Source: Bacillota bacterium | GTDB lineage: Bacteria; Bacillota; Dethiobacteria; DTU022 | Direction of reading: 5' to 3' | NCBI GenBank assembly: GCA_030611385.1 | Contig: JAUWPV010000007.1 | Location: 7,249 to 71,248, forward strand | DNA length: 64,000 nt | Shown: positions 38,778 through 50,434 of the stretch, in pieces | Layout of the letters: every line of letters starts with the position of its first letter | Position numbering within the stretch: position 1 is the first letter of the stretch | Program-made: the position numbers and the translations under genes | Notes under the pieces: model-generated | What the model was told of the DNA's origin: nothing | Databases searched by the model: none | What the model saw: the letters and a program-made list of their open reading frames with translations, nothing else

Positions 38778-39599
38778 CTATTCAGATCGGCCGAGTACAT
38801 ATTTTTCGATCACTTCAGCCACACCATCTTCATTGTTCGAAGCAGCAACGAGGTCGGCGGCCTGAAGCAATTCGGGGCAGGCATTGGCTACCGCCACCCC
38901 TAATCCGGCATAGCTGATCATGTCCAAATCATTGCGTCCGTCTCCGAAAGCAATCACTTGTTCTGAAGAAATCCCTTCCTTCTCTGCCAACCAGCGCAAA
39001 GTCTGACCCTTTGTCGCTTTATGATCAGTAATTTCTAAAAAATAGGGGCGCGACTGTAGTACGGAAATCTTGTCTCCAAAACAGCCCTTAATTCCGGCCT
39101 CTATTTCATCTATTCGACCATCCCAGCGAATAATGCTCATCTTACTGGGGTTTGCTCCATTCTGTCGCAGGAAAGCACTCAGGTTGCCGACCGGCTTCAG
39201 ATCTATTCTGGCCAGAGATTGATAATAACGGGAGTATTCGCTTTCCGCATTGATATAAAGATTGTCGTCTATAAATAAACTGACGTGGCATTCCTGCCGT
39301 TCTGCTTCTTCCGCGACGGCAATGGCCAGTTTGTTATCAAGAGGTCGGTGAAGAACGATTTTTTTACTCTGCGAAGTTTTAACCAGTGCACCGTGGTAGT
39401 TAATCAGGGGGCAGTCACCATTGAGCCCCAGATCCGCCAGGTAGGGAACGCTGGTTTTAAACATGCGCCCGGTGGCTATAATAAACCATACTCCCAGGTC
39501 AACCGCTTTTTGGATTGCCTCTCGATTACGGGAAGAGATTTTTGAGTTTTCATCCAACAGCGTATCGTCGAGATCCGCAGCGATCAGGCGGAAGCGCAT
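38778..39599 (-). CDS. Cof-type HAD-IIB family hydrolase (sugar phosphatase)
   Basis: DLDDTLL motif I. Cof-like cap. Motif GDGRNDLDM. Confidence 0.7.
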   Translation of the reverse strand: MRFRLIAADLDDTLLDENSKISSRNREAIQKAVDLGVWFIIATGRMFKTSVPYLADLGLNGDCPLINYHGALVKTSQSKKIVLHRPLDNKLAIAVAEEAERQECHVSLFIDDNLYINAESEYSRYYQSLARIDLKPVGNLSAFLRQNGANPSKMSIIRWDGRIDEIEAGIKGCFGDKISVLQSRPYFLEITDHKATKGQTLRWLAEKEGISSEQVIAFGDGRNDLDMISYAGLGVAVANACPELLQAADLVAASNNEDGVAEVIEKYVLGRSE

Positions 39600-39713
39600 T
39601 AAACAACACCTCATTTAAGCAATTAAACATTTGTTTAAAATAAAACATAACAAACTCCAGACTGCTAATTCTTAAAACTCTTAATGTAGTATAGCACAAC
39701 TGCAGGCTCTCTT

Positions 39714-41585
39714 TTACTGTTCACCACGAAGAGAATGGTGAATAGTGGCAGCAAGGGAACTATTGATACCGGGGATCTTTAAAAGCTGTTCGATTGAAGC
39801 CTGTTTGAGTTTTTTAGCACTGCCAAAATGGCCAAGCAAGACTTTTCGACGTACCGGTCCAACACCGGGGATATCTTCAAGCAGGGAATGGATGCTGTTG
39901 CGGTTCCGCCGGAGGCGATGACCACTGACAGCGAAACGGTGCCCTTCATCACGTATGCGCTGCAGCAAATAGAGCATAGCATTATCCGCAGTTAGAGGCA
40001 CCGGCTGCGAAGAACCTTCCAGGAATAGATGATCCGGGTTCTTGGCCAGAGCAACCAGCGGTACACCAGCCATAGCTGTAGAGCGCAGTGTTTCACTGAC
40101 AGAATTCAGCTGCCCCTTGCCGCCATCAAGGAGGATCAGATCAGGCTTTGGCCAGCTCTCCTGGCTGGCCCGTCTACCCAGCAATTCCTGCAGTGCAGCA
40201 CAGTCATCACCCGCCGGAGCCTGCCTGACATTAAAACGGCGATATTCTTCCTTCAGGGGTTCTCCATGCTGGAATACGACCATAGCCCCTACCGGTTCTA
40301 CTCCGCGCAGGTGAGAAATATCGTAACCTTCTATTCGCTGCGGGGGACTGGATAAATTCAATAATCGAGCCAGTTCCTGCAGGGGCTCCTCAGTAATCCG
40401 CATACTCAATTCTTCTGCCTCCTGCAAATGCAGCAGGCAGTTTCGCCGGGCCAGTTCAACCAATTTCTTCAGCGAGCCCCGACGGGGAACACGCAGTGAA
40501 ATCTTCCGACCGGCTTTAACCTTTAACCACTGGCTCAACAGCTCGACATCAGCAGGCGTAACCGAGGGCAATATCTCGATCGGTAAAGTTTCTGCCCTGT
40601 TGTAATAGGATTTTATAAAAGAAGCAATAACCTCATCGTCATCGACATCATCGGCACCATTGAGAGAAAAGTGATCCTGTTTAAGCAGTTTACCATCTCT
40701 TATTTGAAAAAGATGAACCGCTGCCCGTCGCCCAAGCCGGGCCAGAGCAAGAATATCACGATCGATACTGTCTTTAGTCGAGAGCATCTTTTGCTGCTGC
40801 CCGGCAACCCGCTGCAGGGCCAATAATCGATTACGCAAAACGGCGGCTTCTTCAAAGTGCTGTTCACAGGCGGCTTCTTCCATCAGCCTTTTTAATTTAT
40901 TTTCCAGTTCCCCGTATCGGCCATGCAGAAAGAGGATGATCTGTTTAACCAGATTATCGTATTGAAACTGCGTGACCTCTGTTTCGCCGCGACAGGGGGC
41001 GAGACAGCGTTTCATCTGGAAATTCAAACAGGGCCGATTGGCTGCAGGGGTTCCATCCAGAAACTGCCGGCAGCGACGTATCGGAAAAATAGAACCGAGC
41101 AGGCGCATCGTTTCCCGCACTGCTCCAACATTGGTATAGGGACCGAACCGATGCTCTTTTTTATCCGGATAAGGCCGGTACTGACCCCGACGCCCGCTTT
41201 TTTGAGAAAGACGCAGCAGTTCTAAACGGGGATATTGATCAGCGGTCAGAATAAGGTAGGGATAGTCCTTGTCGTCTTTGAGGTTAACGTTAAAGCGGGG
41301 GCGGTACTCTTTAATCAGGTTGCATTCAAGAATCAACGCTTCAACTTCAGTGTCGGTGACGATATAATCGATGTCGGCCAGCTTCATCTGGAGTGACCTG
41401 AGGCGCGGAGAGAGCGATTCGTTTTCGACAAGATAAGAACGCACTCTCTGACGCAGCGAAAGCGCTTTCCCAACATAAATAATCCGGTCGTTTTCGTCTT
41501 TGAGCAGATAGACTCCGGGCAGCTCAGGAAAACGGCGTACTTTAACCTTCAGTTTCGCCAGCATACTTTTGTCTCCATGCAACAC
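39714..41585 (-). CDS. uvrC: excinuclease ABC subunit C
   Basis: GIY-YIG domain (GVYLLKDENDRIIYVGKA). C-terminal RNaseH-like and HhH domains. Confidence 0.9.
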   Translation of the reverse strand: MLHGDKSMLAKLKVKVRRFPELPGVYLLKDENDRIIYVGKALSLRQRVRSYLVENESLSPRLRSLQMKLADIDYIVTDTEVEALILECNLIKEYRPRFNVNLKDDKDYPYLILTADQYPRLELLRLSQKSGRRGQYRPYPDKKEHRFGPYTNVGAVRETMRLLGSIFPIRRCRQFLDGTPAANRPCLNFQMKRCLAPCRGETEVTQFQYDNLVKQIILFLHGRYGELENKLKRLMEEAACEQHFEEAAVLRNRLLALQRVAGQQQKMLSTKDSIDRDILALARLGRRAAVHLFQIRDGKLLKQDHFSLNGADDVDDDEVIASFIKSYYNRAETLPIEILPSVTPADVELLSQWLKVKAGRKISLRVPRRGSLKKLVELARRNCLLHLQEAEELSMRITEEPLQELARLLNLSSPPQRIEGYDISHLRGVEPVGAMVVFQHGEPLKEEYRRFNVRQAPAGDDCAALQELLGRRASQESWPKPDLILLDGGKGQLNSVSETLRSTAMAGVPLVALAKNPDHLFLEGSSQPVPLTADNAMLYLLQRIRDEGHRFAVSGHRLRRNRNSIHSLLEDIPGVGPVRRKVLLGHFGSAKKLKQASIEQLLKIPGINSSLAATIHHSLRGEQ

Positions 41586-41665
41586 CTATTCTGCTTATAT
41601 CGATACAATCGTTCACTGAGTTTGCATCCTATATCGCAGCGGTGCCCGCTATTTGCAGGCAGGTT

Positions 41666-44518
41666 TCATTTCTGTGATCGCACTGCGCATCCTTCAGGCT
41701 TCGCCAGCATTCTGGCGAGCCACTGACCGGTGTAGGATTCTTGGCATAAGACAACTTCTTCCGGAGAGCCGACAGCGACTACCTGTCCACCGCCATCGCC
41801 TCCTTCGGGACCCAGGTCGATCAGGTAATCGGCCCGCTTGAGAACTTCCAGATTATGTTCGATTACCACAACCGTGTTTCCGCTTTCTACCAGGCGATCC
41901 AGAATAACAAGCAGTTTACTGATATCATCCAGATGCAACCCGGTAGTCGGTTCATCCAGGATATACAGACTGCGCCCGTTGCTACGCCGTGAAAGCTCGG
42001 AGGCAAGCTTGACTCTCTGTGCCTCACCGCCGGAAAGAGTTGTCGCCGGTTGACCCAGCTGAATATAACCGAGGCCGACATCATAGAGCAGCTGCAGCTT
42101 GCGCTGTAACTTTGGGATAGCTGAAAAAAATTCGAGCGCTTCTTCAACATTCATAGCCAGAACATCGGCAATATTTTTTTCTTTATAACGAACCTCAAGT
42201 GTCTCCCGATTGTAGCGCTTACCGCGGCATATTTCACAGGGCACATAGACATCAGGTAAAAAGTGCATTTCTATCCTCAGGATTCCATCTCCGCGGCATG
42301 CTTCACAGCGTCCGCCTTTGACGTTAAAACTAAAACGACCCTGTAGGTAACCCCGGCGGCGCGATTCGGCTGTTTTGGCGAATAGTTCACGAATACCATC
42401 GAAAAGCCCTGTGTAAGTGGCTGGGTTTGATCGCGGTGTCCGTCCGATCGGCGACTGATCGATTACGATTACCTTATCCAAATATTCCACACCTTCCAGA
42501 CCGCGGTGATCACCGGCCTGCTCTCGTGAACGGTGCAATTTGCGAGCCAGTGCACGCGCCAGGATTTCATTGATCAGTGTGCTTTTGCCGGAACCGGATA
42601 CCCCGGAAACACAGATGAAAAGACCGAGCGGAATACCGACATCAATATCTTTCAAGTTATGCTCGCGAGCGCCGTATATCCATAACCACCGGTCATTAGC
42701 CGAACGCCTTGTTTCCGGAACAGCAACAGCCCTTCTACCCGCCAAGTAATCTCCGGTAATCGAGGCGGGGGCAAGCATGATCTCATCAACTGTCCCCTGG
42801 GCAACAATTTCTCCGCCACTGGCTCCGGCACCCGGCCCGATATCAACCAGGTGATCGGCACTGCGAATCGTTTCTTCATCGTGCTCAACCACCAAGACCG
42901 TATTACCAAGATCTCGCAGCGATTTCAAAGTGCCAATCAGACGGGCATTGTCCCGTTGGTGCAGACCGATACTCGGTTCGTCAAGGATATAGATCACCCC
43001 GGTCAGGCCTGAACCGATTTGGGTAGCCAACCTGATCCGCTGCGCTTCGCCACCAGACAGGGTGGCCGCCGCCCGGTCAAGGGTTAAATACTGCAGGCCG
43101 ACATTACACAGAAATTTCAGTCTCTCTCCTATTTCTTTTAATACCTGTCTGGCAATATGCTGTTGACGTGGAGTTAGCTGCAATTGATTAAAATAACCGG
43201 CAGCCTGTTCAACCGTCATAGCTGAAATTTCAGCAATATTATTGCCTCCGAGCAGCACAGCCAGGCTGGACGGCTTCAGACGGCTCCCGCTGCAGGATAG
43301 GCAGGGTCTGACCTGCATGTAGCGTGCCAGATCGGCCCGCACTTCCTCGGAAGTGGTTGCCGCGTAACGCCGTTCTAAAAGCTTGAGCACTCCGGGAAAA
43401 GCCTTGCGATAAACACGAACCCTTTTAAACATGTTTACATAGCGGAAATTAATCGTTCCCGGGGCACCATATAATATTTTTGCTTGCATTTCAGGCTGTA
43501 GATCGCAAAAAGGAGAATCAGAATCGGCACCCCACTCTTTTACTGCCGACTCCAGAAATTGCTGGTAATAATTCTGCCCGGATAATGGATGGATCGCTCC
43601 CTCACTGAGGGAAAGTTCCGGATACGGGATAACCAGCTCTACTGAAAATTCAGCTTTGTTACCAAGACCACTGCATTCTGGACAAGCCCCATATGGACTG
43701 TTAAAAGAAAAAATGCGCGGACTGATCTCTTCGAAGCTGAAACCGCACTCGGAACAGGCAAAATTTTCGCTGAAGAGCTGTTCTGAACCGCCCACTTCCC
43801 CGATCAGAACCAAACCCTCGCTCAACTTCAGGGCAGTTTCCAATGAATCGGCCAGGCGCCCCTGGATCCCTTCCCGGATGACCAGGCGGTCGACTACTAC
43901 TTCAATGGTGTGCTTCTTTTTCTTGTCGAGAGTTATATCTTCCTCAAGCTCGCGCACTTCGCCGTCGATTCTTACACGGACATAACCTTTACGGCTCATC
44001 TCTTCCAGAAGACGCGAATATTCGCCTTTACGGCTGCGCACGAGTGGAGCAAGCACCTGGATACGCGTTTCTGCCGGTAGGCTGACGATCTGGTCAACCA
44101 TCTGTTGGATTGTTTGCTGGCTGATCGGTTTTTCACAGGTCGGGCAGTGTGGACTGCCGATGCGGGCATAGAGCAGGCGAACATAGTCGTAAATCTCGGT
44201 TACCGTGCCCACTGTTGAACGCGGATTGCGGGATGCTGTTTTTTGATCTATCGATATTGCCGGTGAGAGACCTTCGATTTGATCCAGATCGGGCTTATCC
44301 ATCTGACCGAGGAATTGACGGGCGTAAGCCGAAAGCGATTCAACATAACGCCGCTGACCTTCAGCATAGATTGTATCAAAAGCCAGTGACGATTTGCCTG
44401 AGCCGCTGAGGCCGGTAAAAACAATAAGCTGGTTACGGGGCAGAGTAAGGTTGATATTTTTTAAATTGTGCTCTCTTGCTCCGCGAATAATTATTTCTCC
44501 TGCCGACAATCTGGTCAC
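41666..44518 (-). CDS. uvrA: excinuclease ABC subunit A
   Basis: 950 aa. Two ABC ATPase modules with zinc fingers. Confidence 0.95.
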   Translation of the reverse strand: MTRLSAGEIIIRGAREHNLKNINLTLPRNQLIVFTGLSGSGKSSLAFDTIYAEGQRRYVESLSAYARQFLGQMDKPDLDQIEGLSPAISIDQKTASRNPRSTVGTVTEIYDYVRLLYARIGSPHCPTCEKPISQQTIQQMVDQIVSLPAETRIQVLAPLVRSRKGEYSRLLEEMSRKGYVRVRIDGEVRELEEDITLDKKKKHTIEVVVDRLVIREGIQGRLADSLETALKLSEGLVLIGEVGGSEQLFSENFACSECGFSFEEISPRIFSFNSPYGACPECSGLGNKAEFSVELVIPYPELSLSEGAIHPLSGQNYYQQFLESAVKEWGADSDSPFCDLQPEMQAKILYGAPGTINFRYVNMFKRVRVYRKAFPGVLKLLERRYAATTSEEVRADLARYMQVRPCLSCSGSRLKPSSLAVLLGGNNIAEISAMTVEQAAGYFNQLQLTPRQQHIARQVLKEIGERLKFLCNVGLQYLTLDRAAATLSGGEAQRIRLATQIGSGLTGVIYILDEPSIGLHQRDNARLIGTLKSLRDLGNTVLVVEHDEETIRSADHLVDIGPGAGASGGEIVAQGTVDEIMLAPASITGDYLAGRRAVAVPETRRSANDRWLWIYGAREHNLKDIDVGIPLGLFICVSGVSGSGKSTLINEILARALARKLHRSREQAGDHRGLEGVEYLDKVIVIDQSPIGRTPRSNPATYTGLFDGIRELFAKTAESRRRGYLQGRFSFNVKGGRCEACRGDGILRIEMHFLPDVYVPCEICRGKRYNRETLEVRYKEKNIADVLAMNVEEALEFFSAIPKLQRKLQLLYDVGLGYIQLGQPATTLSGGEAQRVKLASELSRRSNGRSLYILDEPTTGLHLDDISKLLVILDRLVESGNTVVVIEHNLEVLKRADYLIDLGPEGGDGGGQVVAVGSPEEVVLCQESYTGQWLARMLAKPEGCAVRSQK

Positions 44519-44525
44519 CTCGTTA

Positions 44526-46508
44526 TTAATTTTGCTTTTCCAACTCGAAAATCATGTCACGTAGTTCGGCTGCCTGTTCGAAATCCAGCTCCCGAGAGGC
44601 TTGAAGCATCTCTTTACGCAGTTTCTCAATCATTTTACGCCGCTGTGCAGCCGGCATTTTCCGGAAATCATCTTCAAAATAACGCTCTTCGTCCTCTGCA
44701 ACTACTGTTGCGCCAATCAGGGCACGGATCGGCTTGATGATGGTCTGTGGAGTGATACTATGTTCCCGATTATAATTGGTCTGCTTCCGGCGGCGCCGTT
44801 CTGTCTCGTCAATAGCACGTTGCATTGAGGGGGTTATCTCTTCTGCATACATGATCACTCGACCCTCGACATTACGGGCAGTGCGTCCGATTGTCTGGAT
44901 CAGAGAACGTTCTGAACGTAAAAACCCTTCCTTATCGGCATCGAGAATGGCAACAAGGGTTACTTCAGGCAGGTCCAACCCTTCCCGCAGAAGGTTAATG
45001 CCGATCAAAACATCGAATTCGCCAAGTCGTAAACCCCTGATAATCGCTATTCTTTCCAGAGCGTCGATATCAGAGTGCATATAGCGCACTCTTATGCCCA
45101 TGTTCCGATAATATTCAGTTAAATCTTCAGCCATACGTTTGGTCATTGTCGTAACAAGAACCCTCTGCCCCGCTTCGGCTCTGGTTCTGATTTCACCATA
45201 GAGATCATCAACCTGACCGCCTGCCGACCTTACCTCCACCTCAGGATCCACCAAACCGGTCGGCCGGATAATCTGCTCGACAACAACTTCGCTCTGCGCA
45301 ATTTCCCAGGGGCCCGGTGTCGCCGAAACCAGGATAATCTGGTTTACCAGGGTCTCAAATTCATCGAATCGAAGCGGCCTGTTATCAAGCGCCGAGGGCA
45401 GCCTGAAACCGTGCTCTACCAGCGTTGTTTTTCGCGAGAAATCACCCTTGTACATCCCGTTGATCTGGGGTATGGTTATATGTGACTCGTCAATCACAAC
45501 CAGCATCCCCTGGGGGAAATAGTCAAACAGGGTGGCCGGACGACTGCCGGCAGAGCGCCCGTCAAGATGGCGCGAATAGTTCTCAATACCGCTGCAAAAA
45601 CCGATTTCCTGTATCATCTCGAGGTCGAAAATGGTTCGCTGCTCCAAACGCTGGGCTTCGAGCAGCTTTTGTTCGCTCTTAAAAAAGGAAAGGCGTTCTC
45701 GCAATTCGGTCTCAATATCCGTCACTACCCGTTGCAGCTGGTCGGGCGCGGTAACATAGTGGGTTGCCGGAAAGATTGCTACATGGGTGCGTTCACCCGT
45801 TACTTTCCCGCTGACCAGGTCAATTTCTCGTAGCCGCTCAACCTCGTCGCCATCTAGTTCCACCCGCAGGGCGGATTCAGAAATTGATGCCGAAATTATT
45901 TCCAGAACATCGCCCCTGACCCGGAATGTGCCACGACGAAAATCGATTTCATTGCGCTGATAGTGAATGTCGATCAGGCGGTTGATGATTTCTTCGCGAC
46001 TCATTTTGGCTCCCTTGCGTATCGAAAGCACTTGTTCCATATATTCCTTGGGTGAGCCGAGCCCGTATATACAGGAAACGGAGGCAACAATAATCACATC
46101 CGACCGCTCCAGAAGAGCGCTGGTGGCAGAGTGGCGTAGCCTGTCGATCTCATCATTAATCGATGAATCTTTTTCAATGTAGGTATCGCTGCTGGGAAGG
46201 TAAGCCTCCGGCTGATAGTAATCGTAATAACTGATGAAATATTCAACGGCGTTTTCCGGAAAGAGCTCTTTGAATTCACTGCAGAGCTGTGCCGCCAGGA
46301 GTTTATTCGGAGCAATAACCAGAGTCGGGCGCTGCACCTGCTGAATTACATTGGCAATGGTAAAAGTTTTCCCAGAACCGGTTACCCCTAAGAGGGTCTG
46401 GTAACGGCAGCCCCGGCGCAATCCTTGCTCCAGGGCTTTGATAGCTTCCGGCTGATCGCCGGAAGGCCTGAAATCAGCTTTAAGTCTAAAGCCACTGTTG
46501 CCGGTCAT
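44526..46508 (-). CDS. uvrB: excinuclease ABC subunit B
   Basis: 660 aa. Helicase motifs and a C-terminal UVR domain. Confidence 0.95.
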   Translation of the reverse strand: MTGNSGFRLKADFRPSGDQPEAIKALEQGLRRGCRYQTLLGVTGSGKTFTIANVIQQVQRPTLVIAPNKLLAAQLCSEFKELFPENAVEYFISYYDYYQPEAYLPSSDTYIEKDSSINDEIDRLRHSATSALLERSDVIIVASVSCIYGLGSPKEYMEQVLSIRKGAKMSREEIINRLIDIHYQRNEIDFRRGTFRVRGDVLEIISASISESALRVELDGDEVERLREIDLVSGKVTGERTHVAIFPATHYVTAPDQLQRVVTDIETELRERLSFFKSEQKLLEAQRLEQRTIFDLEMIQEIGFCSGIENYSRHLDGRSAGSRPATLFDYFPQGMLVVIDESHITIPQINGMYKGDFSRKTTLVEHGFRLPSALDNRPLRFDEFETLVNQIILVSATPGPWEIAQSEVVVEQIIRPTGLVDPEVEVRSAGGQVDDLYGEIRTRAEAGQRVLVTTMTKRMAEDLTEYYRNMGIRVRYMHSDIDALERIAIIRGLRLGEFDVLIGINLLREGLDLPEVTLVAILDADKEGFLRSERSLIQTIGRTARNVEGRVIMYAEEITPSMQRAIDETERRRRKQTNYNREHSITPQTIIKPIRALIGATVVAEDEERYFEDDFRKMPAAQRRKMIEKLRKEMLQASRELDFEQAAELRDMIFELEKQN

Positions 46509-46652
46509 AGCGATACCTCCCGTAAAGCGGCTTATCTATTCACGTCGATTATTATAACATATCCAGCTGTTTTGCAGATGTCGTTTTGTGAAGTCTCACT
46601 CGTTCTTGATAACTCGGACTCGACTACTTCCGGTCGCCATGATATTCTACAA

Positions 46653-47222
46653 TTAATTCAAAAAGTGGTTTGTGTCCAAAAATATAATAATAAATCCGAT
46701 TAAAATAAAAAGAGCTGATGTGCTTATTTTAAGTAAGCGGGGATTGAGCTTGGAGAGAAACCGGCTGCCCAGGTAAATAGCGATGGCGTGGTTGAGCAGC
46801 ATGCCCGCCATGGCCCCGACAAACACCGCTATTGGTTGGCCTAGGCTGGCCACAAGAAATATGGCTGCTAATTGTGTTTTATCCCCGAACTCAGCCACAA
46901 AGATCATGACCATCGTCTGAAAAAAACCTGTCCTGCCGGTACATTCCTGCTTATCTTTATCTCTACGGAAAAGATTTAATAAACCAATGGCTATAAATAC
47001 AATACCCGAAATCATTGTAACCAAAACCGTTGGCACTGAATTGGCTATGATACTACCCACGCCAACGCCAAGCCCTACAACCAGAGCCAGGGCAGTCATC
47101 GCACCGCCGAGCACCTGCAAGGGCGGATAACGGCTGGCCATCGAGAGGGAAACCAATTGCGTTTTATCGCCAAACTCCGCTATAAATACTGTTATAAACG
47201 CAGCAGTTGCAGCAGCTAACAT
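46653..47222 (-). CDS. UPF0016/GDT1-family membrane protein (putative Mn2+/Ca2+ cation transporter)
   Basis: Two copies of the E-x-G-D-K-T motif (AEFGDKTQL twice) in a 6-TM protein. Confidence 0.7.
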   Translation of the reverse strand: MLAAATAAFITVFIAEFGDKTQLVSLSMASRYPPLQVLGGAMTALALVVGLGVGVGSIIANSVPTVLVTMISGIVFIAIGLLNLFRRDKDKQECTGRTGFFQTMVMIFVAEFGDKTQLAAIFLVASLGQPIAVFVGAMAGMLLNHAIAIYLGSRFLSKLNPRLLKISTSALFILIGFIIIFLDTNHFLN

Positions 47223-47308
47223 ATACTCCTCCAGTAATTATTTAAACTTACCGATGCTTTTAAAACAAACGTGCCACTGCCGCACGAATGATCAGTTGAT
47301 CATTCGAA

Positions 47309-48673
47309 TCAAATTTTCAGTTTACGTAAAAGGTTTTTAAGCACTCCCAGGGGTTCGCTCTTTCTGATCTCAAGGTAAACCGGGGAGTCTGGAGCGGGAA
47401 CTGGAATCAATCCCAGATCAGCACCTCGATGCACCATGTAGTAGGCTGATTGAGGTTTCAACCTGATATGTTCCAGATTACCATTTTTGGTTTCTTCACG
47501 ATACCTTTTTTTCATAACCAGTGAAAACGGGTTCCCTGCTCGCATCCCTTCCAGAAGAACCATAAAGTAGCTGTCTTCAATTTTTTGTATCAAATTCCGA
47601 CTATCCGTAACTGGTTCACCATTTACTTTGGTTATTAAATCGGCATCAATCAAACCCGCTTCATGCGCCGCAGTTCCAGGAAGCACCATCATTAATGATA
47701 CCCCGGATTCGGTCGACCGAAAACGTGGAGGTCGCGAATCTTCCATCTTCTTTCCATGCAGGATTAACAACTCATGGCCCAGTGGGGCAAATAGAATACC
47801 GGGCAGAATCAGCCAGGGTACATATTCCGATCCGACAGCAATAATAAGAAGAATCGCACTGTACAGCGCCAGCAACCGGGCGGAGAAAGCACTCCGTTCC
47901 CGGGGAGTTGATGATAGGGCCATATCAGCATAACCAAGCCCGGCCGCCACCGGAATAACCATATACTGCAAACTCTGGCCATCACCTGGCTGCAGGGTTG
48001 ACTGAAGAATCGGCCACCACTCTGGCATGTTGACTCCTACTATTTCTGTCTGCGCAACCAAAGCAATCATCAGCGCCACCAGAGGCATGGGCCAAAATCG
48101 CTGCAGAGAGAAAGCGCCGACCACTTCTCCGCCGGTGCTTTTAAGGTATATCGGGCTGCTGCCCCAGTGTCCGCCGACGTAGATCAGCAAAGCTTCAATC
48201 AAATGGAGCAAGCCGATCAATACCAGTAAAGCAGGGATATGTATTTTGAGCAGCGCTTCTACAACTGTATATTGGGTTACCACCGGAAATAAAGGCACCA
48301 CTACATGGCGAGCAACCAGAACTACTACTGCAACTATCCCTCCGGCGTAAGAAAAACAAAGATAACGGGGATTGACCAACAGCAAAAGCAGGGCAACGGG
48401 CCATATAAAATAAAGTCCAATTTGTTCCAGGGAAAGCCCCACGAATATTAGAATCACACTGGCGGCAAAACCCCCCAGAACGCCGAGACCGATTGATAAA
48501 AGCATCTGTCTGCCCACCCGGTTGATGCTGCGGCCAAACAGTTTCTCTTCCGTAGCAGCCTGACGCCTGTATTGCATATAGACCAGAGAAAGAACAATCC
48601 AGAAGATGGGCATAAACATAGCCAGCAGAAATGTGGTCATAAATATCTGGCTTATTTCAACTAGGAGTTGCAT
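47309..48673 (-). CDS. polytopic membrane protein with a C-terminal PDZ domain
   Basis: About 8 TM helices followed by a PDZ-like segment (MMVLPGTAAHEAGLIDADLITKVNGEPV). No HExxH motif. Confidence 0.45.
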   Translation of the reverse strand: MQLLVEISQIFMTTFLLAMFMPIFWIVLSLVYMQYRRQAATEEKLFGRSINRVGRQMLLSIGLGVLGGFAASVILIFVGLSLEQIGLYFIWPVALLLLLVNPRYLCFSYAGGIVAVVVLVARHVVVPLFPVVTQYTVVEALLKIHIPALLVLIGLLHLIEALLIYVGGHWGSSPIYLKSTGGEVVGAFSLQRFWPMPLVALMIALVAQTEIVGVNMPEWWPILQSTLQPGDGQSLQYMVIPVAAGLGYADMALSSTPRERSAFSARLLALYSAILLIIAVGSEYVPWLILPGILFAPLGHELLILHGKKMEDSRPPRFRSTESGVSLMMVLPGTAAHEAGLIDADLITKVNGEPVTDSRNLIQKIEDSYFMVLLEGMRAGNPFSLVMKKRYREETKNGNLEHIRLKPQSAYYMVHRGADLGLIPVPAPDSPVYLEIRKSEPLGVLKNLLRKLKI

Positions 48674-48676
48674 AGT

Positions 48677-50167
48677 TTAGTTGCTTCCTTCGATTACTTT
48701 AAAGAGACCGGGTTTGCTGATCAGTTCGAGAGCATAATTAAGCTGTTCGTCCTGTTCTACCGATGCCTTATCCAAGGCTTCACGCAGCTCTACCCAGGTC
48801 AGGTCATCAAACTCACCGCTTGAGTTTAGCCCTGCTGCAGCTTGAAAAGTTGAAAGAGCAAGCGAAGTTTGCATATCGAAATAATCGGTAATCTCGATAG
48901 TATAACCAATCTGTTCAAGCATCTGCTGCAGCATTTTCACTTCCGGTCCGTAAGAACCCGGTTCAAGACGGTCGGGGTGGAAATATCGATAATAACGAAG
49001 GATATCAGACATGTCAATCTCAAAATCAGGTTCAATACCATTTTTGTCAATATCATGGCCAGATGGTGTAAAATATTTAGCTACGGTGAGCAGTATAGCG
49101 CTATCTTCGGAAAGATATTCAAGCTGCTGCACTGAAGCTTTACCGTATGTTGTTTTGCCAACTAACAGCGCTGCATTTCTGTCCTGCAGGGCTCCCGCCA
49201 GCAGTTCAGACGCGCTGGCTGAGTCTTCGTTGATCAATACCACAATCGGATAAGGTTTTTTTACAGCGTAGGAATAATAGGTAGTTTTAACATCATTGTC
49301 TCTACCAACAAGTCTGACGATTTCCCCTTCGGGCACAAGGTGCTTGGCTATCTCTACAGCCTGATCAATCAAACCGCCGGGATTATTGCGCAAATCTAAA
49401 ATCAGGCCTTTACTCAGACCATTTTTCTCCATTTCCAAAAATTGTTCTGTAAACTCAGCAGCAGTATGACTGTCAAAGCTGTTGATAACAATATAACCAA
49501 GCCCGTCTTCCAACATCTCGCTGGAAACTGTGGTCACCTCAATCTCTTCCCGCTCAACAGTAACCTTAATCGGCTCATCCGCACCCGGTCTTTTAGTCAA
49601 TACATCAACAGTAGTGTTACTGGGGCCCCTTAGCAACTCTACAGCGCGGCTTATGCCCATCCCGGTCAGCTCATTTCCATCAGCTTGTATAATTCGATCT
49701 CCCGGACTGAGGCCGGCCCTTTCAGCAGGAGATTCCGAAAATGTTTCAAAAATGACAATATAATCATTAACCTCAATAATGCGCACGCCAATCCCACCGT
49801 AAGAACCCCGGGTTTCCATCATGAATTCTTCCAGATCCTCAGGATTAAAGTAACGGATATAGGGATCACCAATATTCGCGATCATCCCCTGAATAGCACC
49901 TTCAATAAGTATGTCGGTTTCTACCGGGTAATAATAGTAATCATTAATTGAATCGATCGCTTCCCTGATAATGGCAACATCAGATTCGAGCATTTGCTGT
50001 GTTGGCTCATACTTGATTATAGTCGTTGGTTTATCAAGATCAGCGGTCTGGTTAACTTTACTGTTGAAGATATAATAGTTGGCCAGATTAGTTCCGATAA
50101 GAACAAACAGAAAAATGGCCAGCCACTTGAATATATTTTTCTTAGCAGTCAGTTCCATTACCATCAA
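48677..50167 (-). CDS. ctpA: carboxyl-terminal processing protease (S41) with C-terminal peptidoglycan-binding domain
   Basis: PDZ domain plus S41 catalytic region (LVGKTTYGKASVQ). Putative PG-binding repeat at the C-terminus. Confidence 0.8.
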   Translation of the reverse strand: MMVMELTAKKNIFKWLAIFLFVLIGTNLANYYIFNSKVNQTADLDKPTTIIKYEPTQQMLESDVAIIREAIDSINDYYYYPVETDILIEGAIQGMIANIGDPYIRYFNPEDLEEFMMETRGSYGGIGVRIIEVNDYIVIFETFSESPAERAGLSPGDRIIQADGNELTGMGISRAVELLRGPSNTTVDVLTKRPGADEPIKVTVEREEIEVTTVSSEMLEDGLGYIVINSFDSHTAAEFTEQFLEMEKNGLSKGLILDLRNNPGGLIDQAVEIAKHLVPEGEIVRLVGRDNDVKTTYYSYAVKKPYPIVVLINEDSASASELLAGALQDRNAALLVGKTTYGKASVQQLEYLSEDSAILLTVAKYFTPSGHDIDKNGIEPDFEIDMSDILRYYRYFHPDRLEPGSYGPEVKMLQQMLEQIGYTIEITDYFDMQTSLALSTFQAAAGLNSSGEFDDLTWVELREALDKASVEQDEQLNYALELISKPGLFKVIEGSN

Positions 50168-50434
50168 CTCCTGTCATGCTTTTACAAAACACTTTTACCG
50201 GTCTTCACCAAAATGCCTGTTTACTATAATAACATATAACCTCTTCCCTGTATTCCCCACGCGATCACTCACTTAAAATCTTACTAAAGGGGTACCGGCT
50301 CACTCACGACGAAATCTTACCGAGGGGTTGCAGCAGAAAGGGGGACGGTTTTTTCGTCTGGTTTCATCCGGTCGCAAAAAACGTCCCCCTGGCTAGCTGT
50401 TGGCAAAACCATATACATATCAAAGACAATATCT

